Source: a virus
Virus record (IMG/VR): IMGVR_UViG_3300029566_000004
Reading direction: 5' to 3' (one strand)
Length of the DNA: 64,000 bases
Shown in pieces: positions 50,225 to 60,016 of the stretch. The notes beneath the pieces were generated by a model. It made no database searches and was not told the DNA's origin. It saw nothing but the letters and a program-made list of their open reading frames with translations. Each line of letters opens with the position of its first letter. The first letter of the stretch is position 1. Made by a program: the position numbers and the translations under genes.

Positions 50225-50636
50225 ATCATGACCTTCGCCTCTAAAACCTTTTACGGCAAACTCAGCAAAGGATAAAGTTTTTCAAAGAGCCGCCAAACTC
50301 TTCTATTCTCAGCGCTCATCATTTAGACAATCAAGTATTGGCGCACTATCCAGTCATCTTAGAGCAAGTTTTTCACCGCTTCGTATTTGTTCACCTTGGA
50401 ACGCCTGCCAGCATTTTATGCCAGCAGCCTGCCGGGGGTCGAACCCGCTATACGAGCAGCTTCATTTTTGAGAATAAGGTTATATGTAATTACTAGCAAA
50501 CCTTTGGAAACCAGCTTAGCATGAGTTTATTGACATCTCTAAGGGTGGTCATTGGTCGCAACCAAAATTTTTAGTTCCGTCGTTAGTTTAAACAGAGCAT
50601 ACCATCGTGAAGGTGTACGGTAACATTTTATGCTCC

Positions 50637-50709
50637 TTGCGGGGGTGGGACTCGAACCCACAACCTTCAGATTATGAGACTGACAAGCTACCTATTGCTA
50701 TACCCCGCG
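50637..50709 (-). tRNA. initiator-like tRNA-Met(CAU)
   Basis: Acceptor CGCGGGG/CCCCGCA has the C1xA72 mismatch typical of bacterial tRNA-fMet. Loop CUCAUAA. It lacks the three G-C pairs in the anticodon stem and has no CCA. Confidence 0.65.
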
Positions 50710-50781
50710 ACGTAAAGGCAGTTTAAAGAGACGTGCCTAGGTCTCACAAGAAAGGAAAGATACATAACGGTTTCGCACCGC

Positions 50782-50858
50782 TGGTGGCACCCGCCGGGCA
50801 CGATCCGACATTACCAGCTTGAGAAGCTAGCGTCCTAGTTCAATTAGACGAGGAAGCC
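50782..50858 (-). tRNA. tRNA-Glu(CUC)
   Basis: Acceptor GGCTTCC/GGGTGCC (one mismatch), loop UUCUCAA, non-canonical T-loop ATCGTGC, CCA. Confidence 0.6.
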
Positions 50859-50867
50859 ATATTAAAA

Positions 50868-51497
50868 TTATTTAGAAAATTTCCAAATATATCCATAAGC
50901 AGTTTTTCGTTTTCCTTTACAAACATCTGAAATATGACTAATTCCGCCTCTAGATGTTGATTCTGGACAAACTGTTTTATAGGCTTCAGATAAAGAAGGA
51001 AAAGTTCTTAAATATTTACCATTTTTATCATATTGATTAATGATACATCCAAATTTTTCTTGATTAATTTTTTCTTGAGATTTTATCTCAATATTATACT
51101 TTTTCAAAATTTGACTTAAATAGTTTCTATCACAATGATATATTTGACTTATTTCTTCTAAGTTAGGATTTTCTTTATAAGCAAAAATTAAAACATCATA
51201 ATCTAAATAGCGTTTTCCATCGCCCCCTAAAGTGGCATTATATCCATTTTTAAAAGAACGATAATGTTCAATCCAGTACTTTTCTCTTTCTTCTGGATTA
51301 TTTGTTTCTTCTATCTGCTCGATATGAAAATGTTCAATTCCATATTTGCGCATCGCCGCATATAGCGGTCTTTTTTCATTTCTATCTCGAAAAGCATCTT
51401 GACAATGTTCTTTAAATCTTTTTTCAATAGAAAATTCTGTTTTGCCAATATAAATTTTCTAATTTATATCATTAACAATTTTATAAATGTATGCCAT
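50868..51497 (-). CDS. free-standing GIY-YIG homing endonuclease, one in-frame TAG (51459-51461)
   Basis: MAYIYKIVNDIN-TAG-KIYIGKTEFSIEKRFKEH...YWI..Y....GYN...GG. AGGAG RBS. Confidence 0.75.
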
Positions 51498-51582
51498 AAT
51501 TAAACAGCTCCTTTTTATTTTTTTGAATTAGTATTAGTTATAACAGAAGAAACCACGTGAAGGTTCTAATTCATTTTCTTCC

Positions 51583-51655
51583 TGGCGCCACGAGGATTCG
51601 AACCCACGATTACCAGATTGAGAAACTGGTTGCCTAGCCATTAGCAGATGGCGTC
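51583..51655 (-). tRNA. tRNA-Glu(CUC)-like, second copy
   Basis: Acceptor GACGCCA/TGGCGCC (A2xC71 mismatch), loop UUCUCAA, imperfect T stem, no CCA. Confidence 0.5.
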
Positions 51656-51762
51656 ATTTTACTAGACCGTTTTTTATCATTTCTAAATCACAAATTTAAT
51701 GATTAAACATTTGCTGTATCGGTCTATAATTTTCATTTCTTTTCTTTTCTTCTTACATATAT

Positions 51763-51791
51763 ATTATAACAAAATTTTTTTAATTTTTCAA
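51763..51791 (-). promoter_or_regulatory. promoter cassette (-35 TTGAAA, -10 TATAAT)
   Basis: Same repeat family. Confidence 0.6.
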
Positions 51792-51813
51792 ATACCCGTT
51801 CTTGAATAGAGTC

Positions 51814-51899
51814 TGGTGCTGGTGAAGAGATTTGAACTCTTACGCTACCATAGCATTACGTTCTAAGCGTAACATGTCTGCCTATTCCATCACACCAGC
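51814..51899 (-). tRNA. tRNA-Leu(UAG), second copy
   Basis: Acceptor GCTGGTG/CACCAGC, A73, loop CUUAGAA, 14-nt variable arm (GCTA/TAGC), CCA. Confidence 0.8.
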
Positions 51900-52091
51900 T
51901 TACTGCTCTATTTTATCTTTAATAACAAGGAATTCATCGACATCTGGATCAACTGCCAAACCACCCCATGTACCATGAAGTTGTCCAATATCATCAATGT
52001 ATTTAATTATGCCTTCTTTATCATGGTAAGGACTATTGATAGGCTCGCCGCACAGGCGTAGAATTTTAATTTTATCGCCGATATGTGCCAT
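51900..52091 (-). CDS. DUF4314-like small protein
   Basis: MAHIGDKIKILRL..GIIKYIDDIGQLHGTWGGLAV... AGGAG RBS. Abuts tRNA-Leu. Confidence 0.5.
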   Translation of the reverse strand: MAHIGDKIKILRLCGEPINSPYHDKEGIIKYIDDIGQLHGTWGGLAVDPDVDEFLVIKDKIEQ

Positions 52092-52117
52092 TAACATACT
52101 CCTTTGATTAAATTTAC

Positions 52118-52234
52118 AAGACACTTTTTTGTTATTATTACTCTGCCAACTGAGCTACCAGTCCAAATGAACTGGATAGGATTCAAACCTGCGGCAACGA
52201 GAAATAATTTAATCTTATTTGCTGTTAGTGTCTT
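52118..52234 (-). ncRNA. circularly permuted tRNA-like element (Y-RNA/YrlA-like candidate)
   Basis: The 8-bp basal stem AAGACACT/AGTGTCTT encloses four parts in order: a hairpin, the T-like arm GCAGG-TTTGAAT-CCTAT, the closed acceptor-like hairpin CCAGTTC-ATTT-GGACTGG, and the D arm TA-GCTC-AGTTGGCA-GAGT. It lies about 12 nt downstream of a promoter cassette's predicted start. Confidence 0.5.
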
Positions 52235-52253
52235 TCCTTTTTCTTACATATAT

Positions 52254-52282
52254 ATTATAACAAAATTTTTAATAAAAATCTA
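52254..52282 (-). promoter_or_regulatory. promoter cassette (-35 TAGATT, -10 TATAAT) driving the permuted tRNA-like element
   Basis: Same repeat family. Confidence 0.55.
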
Positions 52283-52422
52283 ATAAGTAAAATAAAGTGG
52301 GAACTCTTTTTACAAATTTTGCGAACAATAAAAAACAAATAAATCATCAAAAGAAAACCTGTTTTAATTTTTGATAATTTTAATTGCAATTTAATAATAT
52401 CGCCAGTATCATCTGAATAAAG

Positions 52423-52737
52423 TTATAAACCAAGAGCCTTCATTAAATTTTCTACTGTTTGTCGCTCTTCGGGAGTGTATTCAGCAGGTGTAAATTTAGT
52501 AGGGGCTACTTCCTGTAGCGTAGTATCTTCAAAATTGATATTATCTGATTTTCCTACTGCGCCCATGGGAATTTTGGGGCAAGTTAATGAAATCGCAATT
52601 TGAACAGGTGAACCGTCCTTTGTTATATTTATATATAGCTTTTTGTCATAAATTCCGACGGTATCTGTACCAAATTCTTTTGCAATACGTTGAAATACTT
52701 CTTCTTTAGCTGCTATTTCAGCTGCTCGTGTTGCCAT
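52423..52737 (-). CDS. hypothetical protein
   Basis: 104-aa ORF. Confidence 0.5.
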   Translation of the reverse strand: MATRAAEIAAKEEVFQRIAKEFGTDTVGIYDKKLYINITKDGSPVQIAISLTCPKIPMGAVGKSDNINFEDTTLQEVAPTKFTPAEYTPEERQTVENLMKALGL

Positions 52738-52765
52738 ATATTTACTCCTTAAAAATTAAATTAGT

Positions 52766-53989
52766 TTATTCAGATTCATAATAATCGTCTTCAAATTCAT
52801 CAGGAGGGTCAGGGTCAATTATCTCCATGTCAATTGCACAGCTTTTACATAACATACTGTCACTTTCTCCATAGATATAATCCTGCCCGCAATGCATACA
52901 TTTTACATCTGCTCCAATCTCCAATAGAGGTATATTGTCATCATTATGATATACATATCGTGAGCTATACATTGGCTCATAGCGATGAGAAAAAAGTAAA
53001 TCATTAAAATGTAAAGAATTGTCTGGATTAGCATCACGCACCAAAGTACGTAATGGAACTAATTCACTTCCCCTATACCTTTTAATACAATAATATTTTT
53101 CATTTAAAGGCAATATATCATTTTTTGTATGAAATGAAGACACATATGAATCCGTAAAACGTGTCCATGTGTAAGATAAACTAGTTAGTAATTTATCATA
53201 AATTAATTCATCTATATGATTAAGTTCATATGGATACTGACGACCTAAAAAACATACTTGATCAGTAGGATCCATATGTACAAGCATGCGCCATTTCTTA
53301 GAATTCCAACTTATACCATGAGGTAAGAAAGGATATTGTAATTTAGCTTCGCCTTTAATATAACACATAAACGTTACATTATCAGCCATATAACTTAAAT
53401 TACCCGCACGATATTCACCATCAAGAGCATGACATGAACGCCAATTGTAAGTATTTACACTTGACGTTAAAAAATCTAAAGGATGAATTGATATGCAAAA
53501 ATCACCAGACATTTTGTCTTTTTGAATAATTGAACTCGCACACTCTTGCAAATGGCGCAAAACCGTGTTGTCACTAATAAAAAATTTAAATGCTTTTACT
53601 AATTTCATTCCAAGTTTAAAATCGGCGCAGTTAGGCAAAGTAACACAAGAAACAATATTATCAAAAAAACTGTGTTCATTGCTTCGAATAAATTGTTGAA
53701 AATTCATCCATTGCGCATCTGCTAATTTACATTTAGCTATATAAAGAAATTCATTAATTAATAGCTCTTTTTCTTTATCTGAAAGATGAAAGGAAACATG
53801 ACCTAAGTTTTTAATTAAATTAGAACCAAAACGAATTCGAAAACGTTCTTTATTTTTCCACCATTGCTCAAATAGTTCATCACTTACAATTGAATATCCT
53901 TGCGTATATTCTAAAATATGATTAAATTGATCTTGTATTTCAGAAACAGAAGTGCTCATGATCTCTATGGACTCTTGTGTGAACGGCAT
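52766..53989 (-). CDS. hypothetical protein, paralog of 56530..58404 (shared ..C(I/L)SIHPLD(F/Y)(L/M)T.S.N...W.SC.. core, C-terminal CxxC clusters)
   Basis: The motif is read in both ORFs. It is possibly PcfJ-like, but I cannot verify that. Confidence 0.55.
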   Translation of the reverse strand: MPFTQESIEIMSTSVSEIQDQFNHILEYTQGYSIVSDELFEQWWKNKERFRIRFGSNLIKNLGHVSFHLSDKEKELLINEFLYIAKCKLADAQWMNFQQFIRSNEHSFFDNIVSCVTLPNCADFKLGMKLVKAFKFFISDNTVLRHLQECASSIIQKDKMSGDFCISIHPLDFLTSSVNTYNWRSCHALDGEYRAGNLSYMADNVTFMCYIKGEAKLQYPFLPHGISWNSKKWRMLVHMDPTDQVCFLGRQYPYELNHIDELIYDKLLTSLSYTWTRFTDSYVSSFHTKNDILPLNEKYYCIKRYRGSELVPLRTLVRDANPDNSLHFNDLLFSHRYEPMYSSRYVYHNDDNIPLLEIGADVKCMHCGQDYIYGESDSMLCKSCAIDMEIIDPDPPDEFEDDYYESE

Positions 53990-54938
53990 AAGCAAAATCC
54001 TCTCTTTCTTTATTTTTGCAATTTAAACATATAGTCTCTTTCTCTGCTGGAATAAAATAATTGAAACAATGTTCACAAATATCAACATTCATTCCATAAT
54101 TTGTTATGCAAGTATCGCAAATGTTCCAAGTACCTGTTTCAGTTACGATTTTGTCAAGAGCACGAGCTGGTAATTTTGTTCCACAAAAACAACAAAAATC
54201 TGTAGATGTTGTATAGTCCTGCGGATAATGTTGTTCTATGTACTCAAATTTTGGTACTATTGGTTCTGATAACATTTGTGCTACGGCGCTTAATGTATTC
54301 ATAAAACTATTTACTTTTAAATACTCATAGGAGGTATGCTCATATTCATATCCAATAGATAAATTAACAGAACAAATTTTCCAATAATGAGAAAGTATGC
54401 GAATGTCAGTATATGAGCCAATAGCCGTATGAAAGCCAAAACTTTCAATATATGCTTGAAACTGTTCATTAGCTACATCATAAAAAACGCAATCATTATG
54501 ATGCGCCCTATCAAGCTCAATCATATAATTAATATTTTCGAGCTTTGTCATTATTCCTGTTAATTCATAAGCGCCTGCGCAACAATCTTCTTCATCGCGC
54601 ATAAATAAAATTGTTGGACGATATCCCTGTTTTAGAAGATAATAAATGCCATATATCCCTGCTCTGTCATCTGCGCCAAGACCATGTGGACTCCAAATTA
54701 CTTGCTCTTCTCTATCATAAAAAATTTCTGTAGGAGGAGCATGAAATACTGTATCCATATGGGCTACTAATGCAATAGGAATTGTGCCATGCGCTATAAT
54801 ATTACCTTGACAAATTTCAATTTTATCTTTCTCATAATACTTTTCCAAGACTAGCTGAGAAGTATGACTCAGCTGTTCTTGCGTCTGCTGGGCAACTACT
54901 TTAAATGCTTTATAGTCTTGTTCTGTAAATTCAAACAT
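53940..54938 (-). CDS. M28/M20-like zinc peptidase-domain protein with C-terminal Cys clusters
   Basis: ..IALVAHMDTV.. and ..HGLGADDRAGI... Confidence 0.5.
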   Translation of the reverse strand: MFEFTEQDYKAFKVVAQQTQEQLSHTSQLVLEKYYEKDKIEICQGNIIAHGTIPIALVAHMDTVFHAPPTEIFYDREEQVIWSPHGLGADDRAGIYGIYYLLKQGYRPTILFMRDEEDCCAGAYELTGIMTKLENINYMIELDRAHHNDCVFYDVANEQFQAYIESFGFHTAIGSYTDIRILSHYWKICSVNLSIGYEYEHTSYEYLKVNSFMNTLSAVAQMLSEPIVPKFEYIEQHYPQDYTTSTDFCCFCGTKLPARALDKIVTETGTWNICDTCITNYGMNVDICEHCFNYFIPAEKETICLNCKNKEREDFAYAVHTRVHRDHEHFCF

Positions 54939-54969
54939 TATAGATACTCCTTTTATTTTCTCTATATAT

Positions 54970-54998
54970 ATTTTATCATAATTTTTAATAAAAAACCA
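54970..54998 (-). promoter_or_regulatory. promoter cassette with a weak -35 (TGGTTT) and -10 TAAAAT
   Basis: Same repeat family. Confidence 0.4.
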
Positions 54999-55055
54999 TT
55001 AAACCGATTGTAGTTCTGAATCAAAATATTCACTTATACTATCACGATTAGCTAT

Positions 55056-55805
55056 CTATAATGCGTGCTCACAAATATGACAGCCATCTCCATTTGGAAA
55101 TGTCTCACAATTTTGAGAACAATTGCAACGAGCTTTACCAAATCCAGGAGGAATCAAATAATTTGCAACATTCATACCTTTGAACTCTAATAACAAAAGA
55201 CCTAAATCTTGCTCCCAAACGCCTGACTTATAAATTTTAAATAATGCTTGCTCGGCGCGCGAACCATTTACATCGGGAAATTCAACTATACATCCCTCAA
55301 TTATATCATATAATTGTAAATCTTCTGGGCGTATCCATGTGCCGTGCTCTAATTTAGATAAAATATTATGCATAGACGCATCAACCACATTAGGAGTCCA
55401 GCGCACTGGAATACCAAAACGTTTTATTTTATCGTGTGAACTGAATAATGGCTGATTAAGATAAACATATGCAAGTCCTTCACGGCAAGCACGATTTAAT
55501 TCAGCATATGTATTTAGATACGAAAGAAAATAAGCTTTAAGCCCATAACTTTTTGCTATTGGTATCATATTAAAATTAACCACGCCAATTGTAAAGCCTT
55601 TAGGAAATAATGGAGCCATATTTTTTAGCCATTTCCAATCAATATCAGCAGCAGTTTCTTCATAACATTGAATAGTAACCGCCACATTTGGATATAGTTC
55701 AGGATATTCTAATATACGTTCTTTTTCATTATATTTAACTATAATTTCATCTGCTTGCGCTAAATATTCTCTATCACACCAAGCATGTAATGCAAATTTT
55801 ATCAT
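55056..55805 (-). CDS. hypothetical protein with a C-terminal Cys-rich tail
   Basis: 249-aa ORF ending ..CNCSQNCETFPNGDGCHICEHAL. Confidence 0.5.
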   Translation of the reverse strand: MIKFALHAWCDREYLAQADEIIVKYNEKERILEYPELYPNVAVTIQCYEETAADIDWKWLKNMAPLFPKGFTIGVVNFNMIPIAKSYGLKAYFLSYLNTYAELNRACREGLAYVYLNQPLFSSHDKIKRFGIPVRWTPNVVDASMHNILSKLEHGTWIRPEDLQLYDIIEGCIVEFPDVNGSRAEQALFKIYKSGVWEQDLGLLLLEFKGMNVANYLIPPGFGKARCNCSQNCETFPNGDGCHICEHAL

Positions 55806-55950
55806 ATAATTATCACTCTCCTTCTTATTTTATTGTATCGAAAATTTTTATAAATTGCAACTAAAATTTCCCAGAGGCTTTCATCATTCCGGATGACGAA
55901 GCTGCCCGCCGCTCGCGCTGCATTCCGCACGATTTTAAAAATAAAATAAA

Positions 55951-55970
55951 AGTGACCGCTATAGGTCACT
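55951..55970 (-). terminator. intrinsic terminator
   Basis: AGTGACC..GGTCACT followed by a T-run. Confidence 0.7.
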
Positions 55971-56005
55971 TTTATTTGATCAAAGGCAAGAAATCAAATT
56001 ATATG

Positions 56006-56449
56006 TTATTTATCGATTGCTTCATTGGCAGGCTTATCTGAGAGCCGATAGCCCATCACAATGCGCTTCTTACCATCGGCACCAGTAACCTTCAGCTCCT
56101 GCTTTTCAGCTTCTCCAGCTTTAACGAGAGAGTTAAGACGATACTGAATTTTTGCGGTGGTTACCTCTGCGCCCTCAATACAATCAGTAACTTCAGCGAT
56201 GGTCTGAAACTCATCCGTCAGAACAGACGCAACTGCATTGAGCAGCTCATCAGCAGCAGCTTTATCAGCTGCACGTTTTCTAGCGGCAACATTCTTTTTC
56301 TCGAGCTGAGCTTTTTCATTCGTAGCGAAATTCAAAAGTTCTTCAGAAGTGATGGTGTGCTTTTCTTCACCAATAGTGCATTCCATAGCCCCAGAATTAG
56401 CGAAGTTGATAAGAGCATCATAGATATTTTTTTTCGTAAGTTTAGACAT
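56006..56449 (-). CDS. hypothetical protein
   Basis: 147-aa ORF followed by a terminator. Confidence 0.5.
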   Translation of the reverse strand: MSKLTKKNIYDALINFANSGAMECTIGEEKHTITSEELLNFATNEKAQLEKKNVAARKRAADKAAADELLNAVASVLTDEFQTIAEVTDCIEGAEVTTAKIQYRLNSLVKAGEAEKQELKVTGADGKKRIVMGYRLSDKPANEAIDK

Positions 56450-56511
56450 GGTGGTTTTCTCCTTTAAGAGCTCATTTTTTTATTTTTATAAGAACTTTTT
56501 CTTACAGCTAT

Positions 56512-56540
56512 ATTTTATCAAAATTTTTATTAAAAATCAA
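56512..56540 (-). promoter_or_regulatory. promoter cassette (-35 TTGATT, -10 TAAAAT)
   Basis: Same repeat family. Confidence 0.6.
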
Positions 56541-58404
56541 GGTCATGAGGGTCGGCCGCATCTAAGAGGCCGCTATGGTTAAACCAATCATATACAGATG
56601 CATTATTAAAATTTCTCTTGTTCGCATATACATAGCGATCAGTGTAGAAAAATGCATCACGGCAAGCTTCTTTAAGACGAGAATCCATAGCCGCTGTATT
56701 AATGACTAAATAACCTTTATAAAGGAAAACACTTTTTATGGTTATTCCTTCTATACTGGTGAGGCCCAGGTCTGCGCCATGATTGTTAGTATATCTCTTT
56801 TTAATCGCAGCCCAACACAGAAGAAAATAATTCATTGCATACTGACTGCCGCATCTTTCTTTCTTCCAAAGTTTACAAAGTTCTTCAAATGAATAATAAG
56901 AATGAGTCATCATAAAATCATATATCTCTTGGCGCTCATGTCCATAATGAACATCCCAATTTATATTTATACCATTTACGGGGGATGTAAGATATAGTGA
57001 CTGGACGTCATACGCTTCGCGCAAACGAATATAGTCATCAAGATAAGCTATCGCATCTTTATATGAATGATTCATTAGACTGGCGGGCATATAAATAATA
57101 GGAATCATTTCGTTACGCCAACCGTCTTCGTGAGTTACACAATCATGTGCGCTATATTCCTGATAGCAATCACTGCAAAGAGGAATATCGCCATCATTAA
57201 TAAAGAAAATCTCATCTTCAGTTAAACGGCATCCGCACTTGTCGCAATACCAAATATCGGCATCTGGTTCGCATACTTCACATGCCAGGCTATCTCCCTT
57301 AAGACTATCCCTATCGGTATTGCCGCAAATCATACACTGAGCGTCACCCGAATAATTGACAAGAAGAGAGTCGCCGATGCCTTTACGACGAAAACCCCAA
57401 TGTTTAGTATTCGAGCAACAGTCATTATACATTAAATCAGTTTCAAAACGTACACGAGTTGAACCTATCATAGGATATTCAAAAGTATAAGGCTTTTCAT
57501 AGATATTATTCGGGCAAGCCGTTACCATTAATTCATAAAGCCAATTTGTAACAATCTTATCAATAGAACTATCGTAATACGGATAAGATTTAACATTAGC
57601 AACAATATCTGGAGTAACAATATAGAGGGAGCGCCATTTTTTGCTATTCCAAGCGGCCTCACGACTAATATACATCGGATGAGAAGACTCAAGATAAGCT
57701 ACAATAATACAAGGGCTATTCATCATTTCTACAGTACCCATACGATAGCAGCCATTTTCTTGCCAAGACATGCATGAACTCCAATCACAAGCATTATCAC
57801 TCATGGTCATATAGTCCAAAGGATGAATAGACAAACAAAGCTTACCTTCGAGAGCAGTAGTGTTTGTACACATTGATTGACAAATACGAAACTCTTCAAA
57901 TTCATCATCATCCATAAAGTGAAGAATGCCGTTTAACTGCTTAAGAGCTTTCATTAATCTACAACCGTGATTAAGACGATAACCACCAATTTTTACATTA
58001 GCTCCACTATATTCATTGGCAAGAAGAGCGTCAGGAGTTACAAGATGACGTAATATGTGAAATTCATCAGTAGTAACAGTGTTGTTAGCGTAAAGCGCAC
58101 GGAAACTTTTATCAATCTGATAAATAAATTGATCGAGACGATAAACGTGCTCATAAGTAATTTCATCATCACACAATTCATCATACGATTTGTGCAGAGA
58201 AACTTCACGCGAGAGAATCAGCTGATTGCCGAAAAGAGTGGTCAAAAATTTACTCTTTGCTTCAGACCAAGGAGAGAGTAGATTGAAACTGGGAATCATA
58301 TTGTCGCCAATATGATAACACTGTTCATCAGAAGCATAAATTTCACGATACTTATCGATTAATGAATAATCCTTAGCTGTCAACAGATTACGAATATCGC
58401 TCAT
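56530..58404 (-). CDS. hypothetical large protein, paralog of 52766..53989
   Basis: ..KLCLSIHPLDYMTMSDNACDWSSCM.. plus multiple CxxC pairs. The start was chosen at the ATG with a GGGAG RBS. Confidence 0.55.
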   Translation of the reverse strand: MSDIRNLLTAKDYSLIDKYREIYASDEQCYHIGDNMIPSFNLLSPWSEAKSKFLTTLFGNQLILSREVSLHKSYDELCDDEITYEHVYRLDQFIYQIDKSFRALYANNTVTTDEFHILRHLVTPDALLANEYSGANVKIGGYRLNHGCRLMKALKQLNGILHFMDDDEFEEFRICQSMCTNTTALEGKLCLSIHPLDYMTMSDNACDWSSCMSWQENGCYRMGTVEMMNSPCIIVAYLESSHPMYISREAAWNSKKWRSLYIVTPDIVANVKSYPYYDSSIDKIVTNWLYELMVTACPNNIYEKPYTFEYPMIGSTRVRFETDLMYNDCCSNTKHWGFRRKGIGDSLLVNYSGDAQCMICGNTDRDSLKGDSLACEVCEPDADIWYCDKCGCRLTEDEIFFINDGDIPLCSDCYQEYSAHDCVTHEDGWRNEMIPIIYMPASLMNHSYKDAIAYLDDYIRLREAYDVQSLYLTSPVNGININWDVHYGHERQEIYDFMMTHSYYSFEELCKLWKKERCGSQYAMNYFLLCWAAIKKRYTNNHGADLGLTSIEGITIKSVFLYKGYLVINTAAMDSRLKEACRDAFFYTDRYVYANKRNFNNASVYDWFNHSGLLDAADPHDLDF

Positions 58405-58436
58405 TGGTTTTTCTCCCTTTTTCATTTTCTATAATT

Positions 58437-58465
58437 ATTTTATCATATTTTTTTATAAAAATCAA
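58437..58465 (-). promoter_or_regulatory. promoter cassette (-35 TTGATT, -10 TAAAAT)
   Basis: Same repeat family. Confidence 0.6.
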
Positions 58466-58537
58466 AGAAGGTAAATTATTCTAGCATACTCATTTCGATT
58501 GCTATTGCTTTATTTGCGTTTTCTTCTGAATATTCCC

Positions 58538-58918
58538 TTATTCACACTCATTTGCAATATTTAATGTTTCATCGTAATAAGCTGAAGCAAGTGTGCCGCC
58601 ATTCATAATATCCAACGCAGACGCTATTACTCGCGGATGGTGAATCCGACATGTCGGAAAAATAATTCTTTCAGAGAACTCTAACTTTGTGCCGTATTGA
58701 ATGAAAGTTTCAGTTGAACGGCGAGCTCTCATAGATTCCTCTTCTGGTATCATTCGCAGAACAGATCCATCAAGGAAATATGCTGACATTTCGGATTTAC
58801 CTTTTCTAACTGCAAGTATGCATTCTGGCGGCGATACATCTATAATATCCTCAAAGACTTTTTCTGCCCATGCTCGATCCCAATACCAAATATGAATTAT
58901 TCGACTCAGATAATTCAT
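58538..58918 (-). CDS. hypothetical protein
   Basis: 126-aa ORF. Confidence 0.45.
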   Translation of the reverse strand: MNYLSRIIHIWYWDRAWAEKVFEDIIDVSPPECILAVRKGKSEMSAYFLDGSVLRMIPEEESMRARRSTETFIQYGTKLEFSERIIFPTCRIHHPRVIASALDIMNGGTLASAYYDETLNIANECE

Positions 58919-58986
58919 TTATTACCCCCGAATAATATAGTAAAATAATTTGTTGCAAAGCATATCTACATCAATCAGTCTCATAA

Positions 58987-59403
58987 TCATTCTCCTTCCA
59001 CTGACTGCTTAAGCCATTCCATCGTCCATTCAAAACTGTTGGTTCGTTGTCCCCATTCATATGCAACGGCATCTTCTGCGCCTGCATTATAAATATCGTG
59101 AAACAGCTCATTCAACTCGTTATCAGTCATTGATCGGATGCTATCGGCGTTGGTCTTTTCTTTGGTAAGCGGCGTAAAATATTTGTTCCAAGTAGAAGTA
59201 GGACAGTTGCAACGATTCAGATCAATATCATTGTTCCATTTAACATTTTGCCCGATTTGACCGTCTGCAAAATGGCAAACACAATTCACAGATATACCAT
59301 TGAGCGCATCTCGCTCGATTAAAGTTTCAATTTCATCCAGTGACAAGCTATCTTCCAAATCGCAGATATATAAAGTCATTTTATAGAGCTGTGCCATAAT
59401 CAT
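58987..59403 (-). CDS. hypothetical protein (first gene of the higher-GC island)
   Basis: ORF coupled to the upstream gene's stop (GAATGATTATG). Confidence 0.5.
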   Translation of the reverse strand: MIMAQLYKMTLYICDLEDSLSLDEIETLIERDALNGISVNCVCHFADGQIGQNVKWNNDIDLNRCNCPTSTWNKYFTPLTKEKTNADSIRSMTDNELNELFHDIYNAGAEDAVAYEWGQRTNSFEWTMEWLKQSVEGE

Positions 59404-59705
59404 TCTCCTTTCGGCGGCTGTGGCAAATATTGCCAATGGGTGACTTTGTATGACAAACCCATCTGGAATTTCTCGCCGTCATAAAAACAAATTCCAATTG
59501 CCCAATAATCATCATCGTCGCAATAAGCGTGCCTATAATGCACAATACAATTCACTTTTTCTTCCGGCAACCTATCCTTGACCGAAATCCACTCCTGCAC
59601 CGTCACACCATTGCGGATAAGGTAATCTGCAATATCTCCAAGCGTTTTCTGACCGGGCTGAATAATTATATCCAGTAACTCCACCAGCTTTCCCTTAACA
59701 TCCAT
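59400..59705 (-). CDS. DUF551-like protein
   Basis: ..EWISVKDRLPEE.. and ..THWQYLPQPPKGE. Confidence 0.6.
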   Translation of the reverse strand: MDVKGKLVELLDIIIQPGQKTLGDIADYLIRNGVTVQEWISVKDRLPEEKVNCIVHYRHAYCDDDDYWAIGICFYDGEKFQMGLSYKVTHWQYLPQPPKGE

Positions 59706-60016
59706 CAGTCAGCACCTCCATCCATAATTGCGCCGCAGTTGGGGCAGTAGTTATATCTGTGTCCCCAAACCGTTCTGTATCCACACACAGAGCAGTCTTC
59801 GCATTCATTCATAAAGGGTGCTTCTGTCGGAACCCACCGCCCATGCCGAACTGGGGCAACGTCGGCGGCTGGAGCGTCGAGTATTGCTCTTTGCGCTCTA
59901 TCAAGACCACGGTCAAAACCTTCCTCATAGGAAGAATTCGGAGGATTCTTGTAATAATATTTTCTTATTCCTTCACTTATCGCTTCACGCTCGATATACT
60001 CAGCCATTGTCATCAC
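59705..60016 (-). CDS. hypothetical zinc-ribbon protein (paralog of 61677..62024)
   Basis: ..CSVCGY...YNYCPNCGAIMDGGAD. Confidence 0.5.
   Translation of the reverse strand: MMTMAEYIEREAISEGIRKYYYKNPPNSSYEEGFDRGLDRAQRAILDAPAADVAPVRHGRWVPTEAPFMNECEDCSVCGYRTVWGHRYNYCPNCGAIMDGGAD

Noticed and set aside
50225-50636. tmRNA.
   Set aside because: There is no acceptor stem pairing with the T-arm motif, no alanine-type 3' end and no tag-like reading frame ending in hydrophobic residues plus a stop.
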